Positions 46,843-60,600 of a stretch of DNA of 64,000 bases are shown in pieces. Under the pieces are notes generated by a model. It worked only from the letters and a program-made list of their open reading frames with translations, was not told where the DNA came from and made no database searches. The DNA lies in assembly GCF_028641065.1 (NCBI RefSeq), contig NC_073396.1, forward strand, positions 20,274,001 to 20,338,000, in the 5' to 3' direction. This DNA is from Leucoraja erinacea (Eukaryota). Each line of letters starts with the position of its first letter. The first letter of the stretch is position 1. Made by a program: the position numbers and the translations under genes.

Positions 46843-47017
46843 CTTCTAGTTGATAGCTTTCCTGCCGTGGATTTCCAGTGCTCCGGGAGTTCCTTGTAAT
46901 TCCTGTACACAATAACTTGTAGCTGACTTCCTGTGGGAATTTTCCCCACCAGCCGCCGCAGCTCACGCAGCTTGTAGCCCAAGACGTTGGTATTACCGAT
47001 TTTAACCAGGATATCCC
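46843..47017 (-). CDS. PDZD9: PDZD9 exon, second half of the PDZ domain
   Basis: GDILVKIGNTNVLGYKLRELRRLVGKIPTGSQLQVIVYRNYKELPEHW; 175 nt; CACAG| ... AG|GTACAG. Confidence 0.9.
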
Positions 47018-49476
47018 CTGTGAATGAAGAGGAACAGGAACTTACAACATCCTGACGATGACCAGGGAATCTGTTCTGTAACGTTGCCTCAGGACAAAGC
47101 ACCAAGGTAATTCTGAATCTAAATTTCAGTGTGAAGAAATGTCCTGACCCGTTTTGTGTGCTATCCAGTCAAAGACTATAGCTGAATACAGTCATTGCTG
47201 TCCACAGTGTACAGATAATGGGTACAACATTTAGTGCAAAGATATAACATTGAAGTCTGAAAAATCTGATTATAGAAAGTTCAAATGTCTCCAATGAGAT
47301 GGATGGGAGGTCAGGACTGCTCTCTAGTTGGTGAGAGGATGGTTCAGTTGCCTGATAACAGCTGGGAAGAAACTGTCTCTGAATCTGGAGGTGTGCACTT
47401 TCACACTTCTGTACCTCTTGCCAGATGGGAGAGGGGAGAAGAGTGAGTGGTGAGGGTGAGGCTGGTCCTTGATTATACTGGCGGCCTATCCAAGTTCTCC
47501 AAAGATGCTAACACGCTGAGTTACTCCAGCACTTTGTATCTCTTTTTCATAAACCACCATTTGCAGTTGATTGGTTTCTACAAGTTAACTTCCTTGTGCT
47601 ATGTGGAGCGGTGCCTAACATGTTTGTATCTGTTTACATGGACACCGTACTCTGATCTATATCTCATACTACATGTGTTCCTCCCAAATTAGAATGGAAT
47701 GTTACTGTATGTCAGATTTTAGTGTTCCTTGGAGCGCACAAACTCTCGGCTCTTCCACTCAAAATTCCAGCACTGCAGTTCCTTGTGTTGCAACTCTTTC
47801 AATTCAATGGTTAACAATCCCAGCAACTGATCAAAGGGAGAAGATCAATCAACCACTGCCATCACATTTAGCAAAATGGTGCAGTAGGCAATTACAAGGA
47901 AAATTACAAGCTTTGACAGATAGGGTTGAAACCGACATGTAAGGGTAATGCATTTTGCAAAGTCAAATCTGGGTAATATAGTAAATGGCAGGGCCTTATG
48001 GCATGTTGATGAATAGAGCGACTTTGGGATTCCATCATTAGTTCCCTGTAAGTGACAATGCAGGTTGTTGGGTGGCGAGAAAGGCAAATGGTGTGGTGGG
48101 TTAGGACACAGAATATCAAAGTTGGGACATTATGTTGAAACATTACAAAACACTAGTTAGTCCGTACTTGGAGCGTTGTGTCTCGTTCTGGTTGCCACAT
48201 CATACGAAGGATTAAATTATTGTCCACATTCATCAGGATGCAATGAAATGACTTGTTCACATGAAGCTCAGAGTGTAAGTCAGTGTACCATGGCTGGCAT
48301 ACTGTGGAGAAGTCTCCACTTGCCTGGATGAGTAGAGATGCTGAAAGGTGCTGGTACTCAGATAGTTTATGGGAGTCTTCATGCAGGGATCACTGAAGAT
48401 TAAAAAGCAGAAAGGAAGGCAAGTGACAGGTTGGTCTTTATGTGATGGGAATGGGCTACAGGAGATTACAAACAGAATTAATATTTCAGGCTGAAGATTC
48501 TTGACAGAAGGCCTTCGTGAAATGGTTATTCTGTTTCAGAAACTGCTTTTCTATCTCCACAGATGCTGCCTAATCTGCTGAGTATTTCTAGCATTATTTT
48601 TATTTTAAACCCTTGGATCCCAGCTTTATTTTCCTAATTGCAGATATTATTGGTATCATTTGTGTGAAAATCATCGAATCTTCAAATCTTCCCTTTTAAA
48701 TGTAATAATTATAGCTCTCCATTTTTTGTTAACAACCATTCACATTTTTAATTATGCGACCATGGCATTTTCTAACCCGATTTCATGTAACATTGCAGGC
48801 ATTAGCATAAGTGAATCATGTTATCGGAACTAACGCATTAATTTACCCACAAATGTTAAAGATAGGTCTAGAGTCATTAAATGAGAAACCAAATATAGCA
48901 ACATAGTAATTTCAATTTATTCTAACCTAGTTAGAAACATGTTGTAAGTCTCTCCTCCCAGAGGAAAACTATTTGATTCTTAGCCTTTGCAGAAATCAGA
49001 TCAATCACATTACTAACTCACTACCATCTCAAGGAACTGTCCCAATCAGTCCCCCCCCCCCCCCCCCCCCCCCATATTCCATTACTCACCTACTCACTAA
49101 AAGTTTAATATTGTCCGACCCTCATCTTTGGGATGTGGGAGGAAACCTGGAGAGAACCCATGCAGAGAATGTGCAAACTCCACACTCACTGCACCTGAGA
49201 TGAGGACTGGAACAGTGCCAAAGAAAGTCCTGTGCCAATGGCAGTTGTGGTTTTGATATAAATGTGTTGGAAGCAGTTCCAAGAAGATTTATTGGACAAA
49301 TATCTGGAATGGGCCAGTCACCGTGAGGAAGGATTGGCTGGGCTTGCACCTTACATTTGTTGGTGGTGATTTATGAACTTTGCAAGGGGGAGTTTAACCT
49401 ACAAACTTGTAACCCAAACAGCTGTAACATGGGGTTCATCTACAGCATTAATGGACAAATTCTAAAATGTAAATAC

Positions 49477-49653
49477 CTGGCTTCAGGTTTGCCATGGCAT
49501 CTCCAGGGCCACCCTCAACAGTTCTCACAACCTGCAGAAAGGATCCGTTTTCGATCAGTACCAAACCCAGGCCTTTAGCTCCCCGCTCGATGAATGTTTT
49601 GTAGCTGCTCCCTAAGTTATGCTCCAATTTCTCTTTCTTATCTGCATCTGGCT
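49477..49653 (-). CDS. PDZD9: PDZD9 exon, first half of the PDZ domain
   Basis: EHNLGSSYKTFIERGAKGLGLVLIENGSFLQVVRTVEGGPGDAMANLKPG with GLGL loop; 177 nt; TTTTTCAG| ... CAG|GTATTT. Confidence 0.9.
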
Positions 49654-50271
49654 CTGAAAAACACAATTGCAGAACAATTGTACCAACACACAGGACTCAA
49701 GAGGCTGCAGCGAGTGGTTAGCTCAGCCCAGTCCATTGTGGCACAATTCTTCCCATCATCGCGAGCATCATGAGGTGCTGCTTCAAGAAGACAGCATCTA
49801 TCACCAAGGATCCCCACCATCCGGGCCGTACCCTCTTCTTGCTGCCTCCATCAGGCAGGAGATACAGAAGCCTGAAGTCTCACACCATCAGGTTCAGGAA
49901 CAGCTACTTGCCCTCAACCATAAGATTCTTGAATTGACCTGCACAACCCTAATTCAACCTCAGCAACAGAATACACTATCTTGCACTATCACATTTTCTA
50001 ATTATATTTTACACTCATGCCTTGTTTTTTGTGGTCTACTTTATTTCAGTCTTGTAGAATGTAATCTATGTAATAATTTATGCCTTTGTGTGTTGTCTGA
50101 GACTATGTGTCTGTGATGCTGCTGCAAGATTAAAAACTTGCCTTAACTTGTTAATATCTGCATTTAAACCCTGGATTTGGGAAGAGGTCATGCAGACAAA
50201 GTGTTATTTATATCTCATTTAAGAAATGAAGATATTTTGAGTAGAAGAGTTAGGAAGTCATAATGCAAATG

Positions 50272-51555
50272 ACAAGTCAAGTCACATTTATTTATATAGC
50301 ACACTTAAAAAACAACTCTTGTTGGCCAAAGTGCTTGACATTTGTTATAAGAATAGTATAAACAAACAAGCCACATACATATATACATATAGGCCTCGCT
50401 CAGTGGACGTCAGGAAAGGCTTGGGAGTATAGATACGTTTTTAGTCTTGACTTAAAGGAGTCGATGGAGGGGGCAGTTCTGATGGGAAGGGGGGTGCTGT
50501 TCCACAGTCTAGGAGCTGCAACCGCAAAGGCGCGGTCACCCCTAAGCTTATGCCTAGACCGCGGGATATTCAGCAGCCCCAAGTCGGCTGATCTGAGGGA
50601 CCTGGAGGTGGAGTGGTGGGTGAGAAGAATTTTAATGTACGAGGGGGCAAGCCCATTGAGGGCTTTGTAGACATAGAGGAGGGTCTTAAAATGTATACGG
50701 AACCGCACAGGGAGCCAGTGAGAGAGGCCAGGATCGGGGTGATGTGGTCCCTTTTTCGGGTGCCCGTCAGGAGTCTCGCTGCGGCGTTTTGGACCAGTTG
50801 CAGGCGGGACAGGGAAGATTGGCTGATGCCAGTGTAAAGAGAGTTGCAGTAATCTAGGCGGGAGGAGATAAATGTGTGGATGATCTTTTCGAGGTCATCA
50901 AAGTGGAGGAATTGTTTTATTTTAGTTATCGTCTGAAGCTGAAAGAAGCTAGCTTTTACCACGGCATTGACTTGTTTGTCAAATTTCAGTGCCGAGTCAA
51001 ATATCACACCGAGGTTTTTGACATGAGGTTTGAGTAGTGGGGTAAGGCTTCCAAGACTGCCTGCTATCATTTTGACTGAGTCCGAGGGGCCGAGAAGGAT
51101 GACCTCAGACTTACTCTCATTTAGTTCGAGGAAGTTCTGGGCCATCCAGCACTTTATATCCTCGAGGCAGCGGGTAAGGTTAAGCAGATTTGATTGTTTT
51201 TTGGGCTACAGGGGGAGATACAGTTGTGTATCGTCTCCGTAGCAATGGAAGGATATGCCGTGCCTTTCAATGACTTGGCCTAAGGGGAGCATATACAGGG
51301 AGAAGAGAATGGGGCCAAGGATGGAACTTTGTGGAACCCCACAGCAGAGATTAGCTGGGGAGGAGAAAGGGTTACCTATGTTAGTCAAGAAACTCCTGCC
51401 TTTGAGGTAGGAGATGAACCAGCTCAGGGCAGTGCCATCAATACCAACCCCGTACTGGAGACGGTCAATTAGGATGGTGTGGTCGACAGTGTCAAATGCT
51501 GCGCTGAGGTCAAGACGGAGCAGGATTGCACAGTCGCTGGGGTCAACAGTGAGCA
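50272..51555 (-). mobile_element. L2 LINE 3' fragment (RT), frameshifted
   Basis: GVPQSSILGPILFSLYM, HCYGDDTQLY, SRLDYCNSL...LQLVQNAAARLL...HITPILASL, GDRAFAVAAPRLWNS; tail AATAAATGTGACTTGACTTG. Confidence 0.92.
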
Positions 51556-53742
51556 GTAGATGCAGCTCTGTAAAACTGCTTAGGCTGCATTTACGGTATT
51601 GTGTTCAGTTCTGGTTGCCCCATGACAAAGGATGTGGAGGCTTTGGAGAAGGCGCAAAAGAGATTTACCAGAATGCTGACTGGATTATGGAGTATTAGCT
51701 AAATGGAGAGGTTGAACAAACTTGGATTGTTTTCTCTGGTGGTGGAGACAGATATGACAGTGGCATTTAAGGCTTGTAGGTAGGCACAGGGATGTGCAGG
51801 GAAAGGAGGGATCATGTGGAGTCATAGGAGATTAATTTAACTTGGCATCGTGTTTGGCATGGCTGTTGTGATACGAAGGAACTGTTCCTGTGTGTGCTGT
51901 TTTCTGTTCTATCTCCCAGGGTGGCCAGGAACCAAAGGAAACATGTAAGATGAATCGAAATAACGAAATGGAGAGAGGGTTGGGGAAAAGAAGAGGGAGG
52001 GGAGAGGTTGGATTGTTTTCTATGAAATGCCAGAGGTTGAAGGGAGACCTGATAGAAATGAATATAATTATGTGGGCGTTAGAATCCAGGAAGAGTCGAT
52101 AGGAATGTGGGGAGAGTAAAACAGGATTAAAGTAATGGTCGTCATGGACTCGGTAGGCCAAAGGGCCAATTCCTGTGCCATATGAGTCTCTAAATTAGCA
52201 GAGACTGTCCCCAGAAGATTTTGTGCAGACACGTCTGCAGTAACAAAGATCAGGGCTGGGATTGGAGCCAGGAGGATGTCAGGCCGGAGCAGGGGGTGGG
52301 AGGATGAGATAGGGCTGGTGCTTGAGGATGAGATGGGGGTGGAGAGCATGCAGAGCAAGAAACTGAACTCCAGGAAACCACCCTCATCCGCCCAAGTATC
52401 TCCCAGTTCCACACAGATTGAGACCATTCCCGTGGGCCTTCTCCACATCGTTAAGTGGTCCATTGGCGCTGACTCCCCCACTGTGCAGTGAGCTCTATCA
52501 GCAATCTCCAGTACGTTCTGCCTCCATCCTCACCTCTCTCCGGCCGAATGTTCCAGTCCCTGGGTTCCATGGCAGGGAGGGTTTGATTGGGATTAAGCCG
52601 CACTGGATAATTGGGTGGTGTGCCGGGAACTCCCTGGCCAACGGGACTCATACAACGACAATCCTCAGATCTCCCGGGGCAACAGAGAGCAGGGGCTGAG
52701 GATTCTGGAATGTTGCTAGTGAGGGATGAGAGAGTCTCGAGCAACAACTTCCTGCTAACCCCCAGTGTTTATCACTTCTTAGTACTCCCTTTGCTAAGGC
52801 TCACTGCTGCATAGAATACATTAATATTAGCTTTAGGTTTATTATTGTCACGGATATCGAGGTACAGTGATTTTAACTGTGATTTATTTGAACTTTGCAT
52901 TCGATTGATTAATTCAAAAATACAGCATGGAAACAGTCCCTTGGCCCATCAGGTCCATGCCGACTATCGATCACCTGATCACTCTAGTTCTATGTTATTC
53001 CACTTTCTCATCTACTCCCTACACTCTAGGGGCAATTTACAGAAGCCAATTAAGCTACAAACATGCACGTCTTTGGGATAGAGGAGGAAACCGAAGGAGC
53101 CAGTGGAAACCCGCGTAGTCATTGGGAGAACGTGCGAGCTCCATAAAGACAACACCTAAGGTCAGAATGGAACCCAAGCCTCTTATGATATGCCACCCTC
53201 TAATATTAACAGCTCTTTCTTCTCCATTTATATAGCCAGATCTGCTGGGTAGGTGTGCCTCACATTTCACAGCTCTTAGAAACCCCATTGGTTGTTTGCT
53301 CCCTCTATCACCTGCCTCGTTAATATCCTCCAGATGCCTTCACCAACATTTATTACCACATCCTCACCCGATCAGAGATATTCCCTTTGTACTATTCATC
53401 CATCCCTCACCCTCTCTCTGTTTAAAACTAACTTGTTTCCTCACTTTCCCAGTTCTGATGAAGTCTTCAATCTCATGTCTATTTCTTTTTGCACAGATGT
53501 GACCTGAGCTGTTTAGTGTTTATAGCATTTTCTGTTTATTTTATATTTTCAGTATTTGTAGTACGTACCATCTTCAGGTCTCCTCACAGTTCGAATGCTC
53601 AAATTCAGGAATCAATCTGGCCAATACATTCTGCACTGACACTAATACAAATACAAAGGCCAAAAGAGAACCAATATGGGACTAAAACAGCATCAATAAG
53701 CAGACATTAAAGCCCAATACATACCCAGCAAGATTTCCTCAC

Positions 53743-53809
53743 TTATGCACTCCAGCTTCTTTGCAATTAGTAGTCCATTTTCCTTCTGAAATTCTTGACT
53801 GTCCAACAT
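53743..53809 (-). CDS. PDZD9: Candidate PDZD9 coding exon 1
   Basis: aacATG start; MLDSQEFQKENGLLIAKKLECI; phase-1 donor A|GTGAGG matches the phase needed by the next exon; no homology support. Confidence 0.45.
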
Positions 53810-55844
53810 GTTTCCTTATATGTTTCTTAAACCAGGTGCCTTAGCACACCCACATTTTCTTTTAGTTTTGCAGTGCTTCACAGCAAGGTGCACCTCAGAT
53901 TATACTCAACTTCATCTGCCAGATCGCTCTGCCTATGTCTCTCAGCTCAGCTTTGTCTTTCAACTTTATATCATCAATAAACTTGGATTTATCACTCCGT
54001 TCTCTTCAGTCATGCATAAAAACCGTATTGCTGTAAATCCATTATTGATCCCAGTGGAATATCCTTTTCTCCTCCTGTGGTTCTCGCATCCCCTCCACCT
54101 CACCCTCCCCCATTGTATCTACTCCTTCCCCTCTCTCCTGCATCTCTCCCCCTCCCCTCCTCCTTCTCTGTCCCCTCTCCATCTCTCCCCACCTGCATCT
54201 CTCTCTCCTCACTTCCTCTCCTTCTCTATCACGTTTTCCTCCTCTTGAATATCCGCACTTCCCACCTCAATATCTCCCTCCCATATTTCTCCCCCTTCCT
54301 CCACTTTTCTTCAGTTCCCTCTTAGCTTCAAGCTGGGGAAGTTTATTGGCCTATTATTGTCATATGAACCAAGATACAGTGAAAACATTGCTTTTTCAGA
54401 AGATAATACTATTCATGAGTATGTCAGATACTCCAAAATATAAAATTAACAGAGTGCATAATATAGTGTTGCAAGTATAAAGAAAGTGCAGGGGCCATTT
54501 GAAAGTAGATTAGAAGATCAGGAATACATCCTTAGCACACGAGAGGTCGGCTTTAAAGTCTGATTACATTAGGGAACAAGCTATTCTTGAATCTGGTGTC
54601 ATAGAGTGATAGTGTGGAAACAGGCCTTTTGGCCCAACTTGCCCACACCAGCCAACATGTCCCAGCTACACTAGTCCCACCTGCCTGCGCTTGGTCCATA
54701 TCCCTCCAAACCTGTCCTATCCATGTACCTGTCTAACTGTTTCTAAAAATGTGGGATAGTCCCAGCCTCAACTACGTCATCTGGCAGCTTGTTCCATACA
54801 CCCACCACCTTTGTGTGACAAAGTTACCCCTCAGATTCCTATTAAATATTTTCCCCTTCACCTTGAACCTATGGTCCTCAATTCTCATACTCTGGTCAAG
54901 ATCTACCCAATCTATTCCTCTCATGATTTTGTACACGTGGTATGTACTTTCAAGCTGTTGTAACTTTTACTCGACGGGGAGAAGAAAGAATGACCGTGTG
55001 TGGTCTTGGATTATGTTGCTGCTTTCCCAAGGTAGCATGGACATGATGAGGTGGGGAGGCTGTTTTATGAGATAGACTGGGCTGCACCCACATCTCTCGA
55101 CAGTTGCCATATCAAACTGTGACACATCTCAGTAAAATATTTTTGCATCTGGAGAAATTGGTAAAAGTCATTGGAGACATGCAAAACATCCTTAGTCTTG
55201 TGAGGAGGTAGAGGCGCTGGTGTGCTTTCTTGGCTCTATTGATGTGATTGAACCTGGTCAAATTATTGGCGATATTTAAAGCAGGGAATTTGAAGCTCTC
55301 GACCATCTCCAAAATTGAACAAACATCTATAGTACCCTGTTTCTAAATAAAAAGCTTCACTTCTCAGCTCAAAAAGTCTCGTTTCAAAAGGTACTTTGTA
55401 TACCTTAGTCTTGTTCATTCTTGTGAAAATATATTATAATAAAATAAAATTCTTAAGTGGTTGTTCAGTAAAGCCTATTAGTAATTTTGTTGAGAAGGAT
55501 GAAGGGGCGGCAACATATTTCTAAGTCAGGCTGCCGCACTTTTTAAAGGGAACCTGTAGGGGGTGATAGTCTCATGTGTCTAAAACCTTTGTCCTTGGTG
55601 ATTGAGTTTACAGATTGAGGAGGTGCTGTCGGAGTAGCCCAGGAAAGTAACTGCAGGGTTTATTGTATCTATGAGTATTGTGTTTACTGAACTATTATGC
55701 TGGTGCAAAAAATAAGTTAATTTAATTGTTCTGTTTTCAGTACGTGTGACAATTAAACACTCTTGACTTGTTTTGAGTTTCTTAAACTGTGCTGTACTCC
55801 TCTTTAGAGAGCTTCCATCAGGCTTCAAACGTACCTTGTAGATG

Positions 55845-56460
55845 ATTCAAGATTCAAGAGTTTATTGTCATGTGTCCCTGATAGGACAATGAAATTCTTG
55901 CTTTGCTTCAGCGCAACAGAACATCATAGGCATGACTACAGAACGGATCAGTGTGTCCATAAACCATTATATAAATATATACACACATGAATAAATAAAC
56001 TGATAAAGTGCAAATAAGTGCAAATGGGCTATTAATGTTCAGAGCTTTGTCTGAGCCGAGTTTAATAGCCTGATGGCTGTGGGGAAGTAGCTATCCCTGA
56101 ACCTGGTCGTTGCAGTCTTCAGGCTCCTGTACCTTCTACCTGAAGGTAGCGGGGAGATGATGTGTGGCCAGGATGGTGTGGGTCCTTGATGATGCTGCCA
56201 GCTTTTTTGAGCCAGCGACTGCGATAGACCCCCTCGATGGAAGGGAGATCAGAGCCGATGATGGACTGGGCAGTGTTTACTCCTTTTTGTAGTCTTTTCC
56301 GCTCCAGGGCGCTCAAGTTGCCAGACCAAGCCACGATGCAACCGGTCAGCATGCTCTCTACTGTGCACCTGTAGAAGTTAGAGAAAGTCCTCCTTGACAT
56401 ACCGACTCTCCGTAATCTTCTCAGGAAGTAGAGGCGCTGATGTGCTTTCTTAATAATTGC
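55845..56460 (-). mobile_element. Rex1/Babar LINE 3' fragment
   Basis: AHQRLYFLRRLRRVGMS..TFSNFYRCTVESMLTGCIVAW; tail AATAAACTCTTGAATCTTGAATC. Confidence 0.85.
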
Positions 56461-57039
56461 AGCAGATCAGGTGAGCCACTCACCGCTGAATACCTGCGCT
56501 TGTAGCCACGTTTCTTATGTGACTGATTCAGTCGGATTTCTGGTCAATTGTGACCCTTAGGACATTTAAATTGGAGGACTTGGAAATAGCATTGTCATGG
56601 GTGGGTTGTTATACACCCTCTTCTTAGAGATGATCATTGCAGTACTGTTAGATGTTCTCCCTCCACATCCACCCTGTCAATCCCCCTTTGGACCTCACAC
56701 TGTTGAATAAGGAATAGGACTGAGATGAAGAAAAACGTTTTCACCTAAAGAGTTGTGAATCTGTGGAATTCTCTGCCACAGAACTAAGTGGAGGTCAATT
56801 CACTGGATGTTTTCAAGAGTGAATTAGATTTAGCTCTAAGGGCTAACGGAATCAAGGGATATGGTGAAAAAGCAGGAACGGGGTACTGATTTTGGATGAT
56901 CAGCGATGATAATATTGAATGGCGGTGCCGGCTCGAAGAGCCGAATGGACTACTCCTGCACCTATTTTTCTATGTTGTTAATGTTCCAGATGAGTTACCT
57001 GACTGCATTTGAGTTCCAGAGAGGGTCCTGGCCGCTGGT

Positions 57040-57557
57040 TACAACCAGTCACCCTCCCGGGCTGTGATAGTGGGATCTTGCCATGCCGGGGCACGAGCGG
57101 GCACAGGGCGCGGAAACAACAGGTGGCGGCCGGCGGGCGCGCGCGCGCGTGACAACGACTGGGCGGACGAAGAGCGCAGGCGCGGGCGAGGGGGCAAGCT
57201 CGCGCGGCCCCGCTTGCGCGCGCGCCCCCGGTCTCCCAGCGCTGGCGGCGGCGCGCACGCAGCCGCTGCGGTTGCCGCCGAGTGAATGGCCGCCGTCCGC
57301 TAGTGAGACGCTACCGGGCACGAGCGGCTGAGACGCGGATCGGTGTCGCCTCTTCCCCCCCACCACCACCATCACCACCACGCACACACAATGGAGGGAG
57401 TAAACTGAGGGCGGGGTCGTCGAGCGAGTCCGCCGTGCTCGCTGTGAGCTGAGGGGCCGAGCCCGGGGGCCAGCTGAGGCGATGCTCCGCGGCACGGGCC
57501 GGGCGCTCGCCAGCCGCCGCCGTCTGGCTGCCGAGTGAAGGCGGCCGCGCTCCCGCC
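57040..57557 (+). promoter_or_regulatory. MOSMO CpG-island promoter and 5' leader
   Basis: Very CpG-rich, with GCGCGC runs and GC boxes, directly upstream of the MOSMO ATG. Confidence 0.75.
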
Positions 57558-57663
57558 ATGGACAAACTCACCATCATCTCAGGCTGCCTCTTCCTGGCGG
57601 CAGACATCTTCGCCATAGCCAGCCTGGCCAACCCAGACTGGATCAACACCGGGGAGTCCGCAG
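57558..57663 (+). CDS. MOSMO: MOSMO (modulator of Smoothened, C16orf52) coding exon 1; later exons not found in the window
   Basis: gccATGG; MDKLTIISGCLFLAADIFAIASLANPDWINTGESAG, nearly identical to the vertebrate MOSMO N-terminus; 106 nt; G|GTCGGT. Confidence 0.95.
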
Positions 57664-60600
57664 GTCGGTGCCGCCCCAGCTCTACCCTCACTTCTCATCC
57701 CACCCAACACCCTACCTTCATCCCATCCAGTACCCACCCTCAGCTCCTACTCTCACCCCCAACCTCAACCCAGTTCCTCCCCTTACCCATCCCACCCCCT
57801 CACCTTCGTCCCCAGCTATCCTCATCGCACCCAGCTCCTACTCACTCCCCATCTCCCACACATACCCCGCCGCTGCACTAACCTCCCCCTTACCCTGCTG
57901 CCCCGGCCATCCTCTTTTCCCACCCCGGTTATTATATTCCTCCTCCTGTCCATCCCAGCTGTCACAGCGCCCCACCATCCACTCTAGTTGTCTTATTCCT
58001 CCCCTCATCCATTCCGTGGTCATATTCCCTCATCCATGCCGTGGTCATATTCCCTCAACCCTCCCCATACTTGGCTGTCATGTCCTTCCTCCCCATTCAC
58101 CCCAGTTGTCACATGTCCCCTACATTCACCTTGGCTGCTTCCTCCCCATTCATGCCAGCAGTTCATATCCTCCCCACATCCACCCTGGATGCTCACACCT
58201 CCCTTTGCCTCTGCGCCCACCTCCCCACCTATTCATGCTGCGTTTACCTCCACCCTGTCTGTTACTACATAACCTCCCACCCTCCATGACTGTGCCATAG
58301 GTCATCCTGCTTCTGGGCATTCTTTAATCTCATTTTTATCACTCTCCAACCCACCCCAGACTCCCTCCTGTGTCCCCCAAGTCTGCCTGGCTCCTACCCT
58401 TTTGTTCACCACAATTTCCCCCATGCCAGTTTCCTCTTTGACACATAAATTAAGCTTGTTAGTGGCAATCATAACTTTTTGACCCGTCAAGTATATTTTC
58501 TCTGTTGCAACTTATGAATGTGGGGTGTTTTTTGGTGGCGGTGGGGTTAGAAGAAAATCGTGCTGTGGTGTATATATGTTGGAAAGAAACACTTCATTGG
58601 TTAGTGAAAGGACAATAAAGAGTCATTTGGTTTCAAATTTTGCAATGCCTGCTCTAATTTCAGGTTGAGAAAAAAATCCTTTGCTTTTGGATTTAGAAGG
58701 ATGTGCTGCCTATTTGTGTCGTGTAGTTGTTCAGTATATTTGTAACAAGATTTTCTTTGTTTGCATTTTAAAGCCCATCTTGTCACACTTACACATTAGC
58801 ACCTAAACTGAGTTGTAAAGTATTTCTCATTTGTATAAAAGGAACCTTCAGGCAGTCATCATAGTTGGTTGCAATTAGAGATGTGTTAGATCCCACTTTA
58901 GAAAATTAAAACCAATTGTTTTGTTTGCTGAATTTTTGAAATGCTATATTATGTAGAGGTCTGAAGGAAAACAGGAACAATTTAATAAGGTGTATATGGT
59001 ATGACTTGGATGTAACCATGCACTTGGGTGAGACCCCATAAGGATGAAATAATGCTAAATAGAGTCATAGAGTAATAGTGTGGAAACAGGCCCTTCGGCT
59101 CAACTCGCCCACACCGGCCAACAATGTCCCATCTACCCTGGTCCCACTTGTCTTCACTTGGTCCATAACCCTCCAAACATTTCTAGTCCATGTACCTGTC
59201 CAACTGTTTCTTACACGATGATATAGTCCCAGCCTCGACTACCTCCTCTGGCATCTTGTTCCATACACCCACCACCCTCTGTGTGAAAAGGTACCCCTAG
59301 GATTCCTATTGAATCTTTTCCCCTTCCCCTTGAACCTGTGTCCTTTGGTTCTCGATTCCCCTACTCTAGGTAAAAGACTCTGTATCTACCCGATCTATTC
59401 CTATCATGATTTTGTATACCTCCATTAGATCTCCCCTCATCTTCCTCCATTAGATCTCCCCTCATCTTCCTCCATGGAATAGAGACCTGCTGGATATATT
59501 TGATACTTGAATAGTTATACCAAGCATTTGAGCGGTCAGTGTGTTTGTGATTCAAAAGATGAAAAGCTAGCGTTGCTTCCTGTCTCCTGAGGATTTGGCA
59601 GTAAAATTGTTCTTAAATTTATTTGAGGAACTGGAGTTAACTGTAACTTAGAACAGATGGTGGCAGCTGATTTGTAACCCTGTGGCCTTCGGTTCAAGTA
59701 GGCTGAAGATCTTATGCAAATTTGCATGCTCCCTATTCTGGTTGTGCCCCCTATTCTGGTTTGAGTACGTAACCTAGGGTAATGAAGAGTTGCAGTTTTT
59801 CGGATGATGGACTCTGGTGCTCTCATTTTAATTTAAAAGATCCAAAGCTTCTGTGTAAAGGAAAGGAACAGATGTTCATCCCACTAACCAGATTACTTTT
59901 CTGTTTGTGTGATCTGGGGTCGCACAAATTGGCCACAAGGAATTGTCAAAAAAACAATAGCAAAGCACAAGCACACACTTTGGATTGTATTCAGGATTTG
60001 AAGGTGCTGTATAAATTAAGTTTGTATCTGGCTTCTGTTTTGCATTATTAGCAATCTCTTCCAAGCTTTTTCCATTACCACCTGTGTTCTCTACTAAGAT
60101 AATTAATGGGCTCTTGAGAGAATTGAGAAATGTTCATGCAAGTTACTGTTTTGTGCTGATATTTGGCAGGTTAAACATTGCATTAGTTCATCAGACCCAA
60201 CCCAAAACATAATCTATCCATTTCCAAAGATACTGAATGACCCGTTGAGTTATTCCAACACTTTCTGTCCTTTTGTGTAAACCAGCATCTTCAATTGTTT
60301 GGTTCGATATCATCAGTTCAGTATGCTTTTTGACTGTTAACTTATGCCAATACCATTTGGTGAAATAAGCTAATCAGCAAATGTTAATTTGTAGTAGAAA
60401 ATATCTTAATGCATCTAATGAACTTGGAGGTTAATACTGTACTGGAGCAGTTGCATTCCAAATTCTTTGGAACTAAACAGTATCCAGATTACTGATAAAT
60501 TCTGATACTGTTAACCGTTATAGATGTTAAGGTGATACTTTGTAATGTGATATAAATGCTGTTTTGTTACTGTTTTTATGTAAATAATTCCAGTACAGCT

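Noticed and set aside
53569-53630. 62-nt AG...GT-bounded segment as a PDZD9 coding exon
   Set aside because: Stops in all three frames.
59420-59475. 25-bp tandem duplication CTCCATTAGATCTCCCCTCATCTTC
   Set aside because: Local slippage inside a CR1 fragment with no sign of function.
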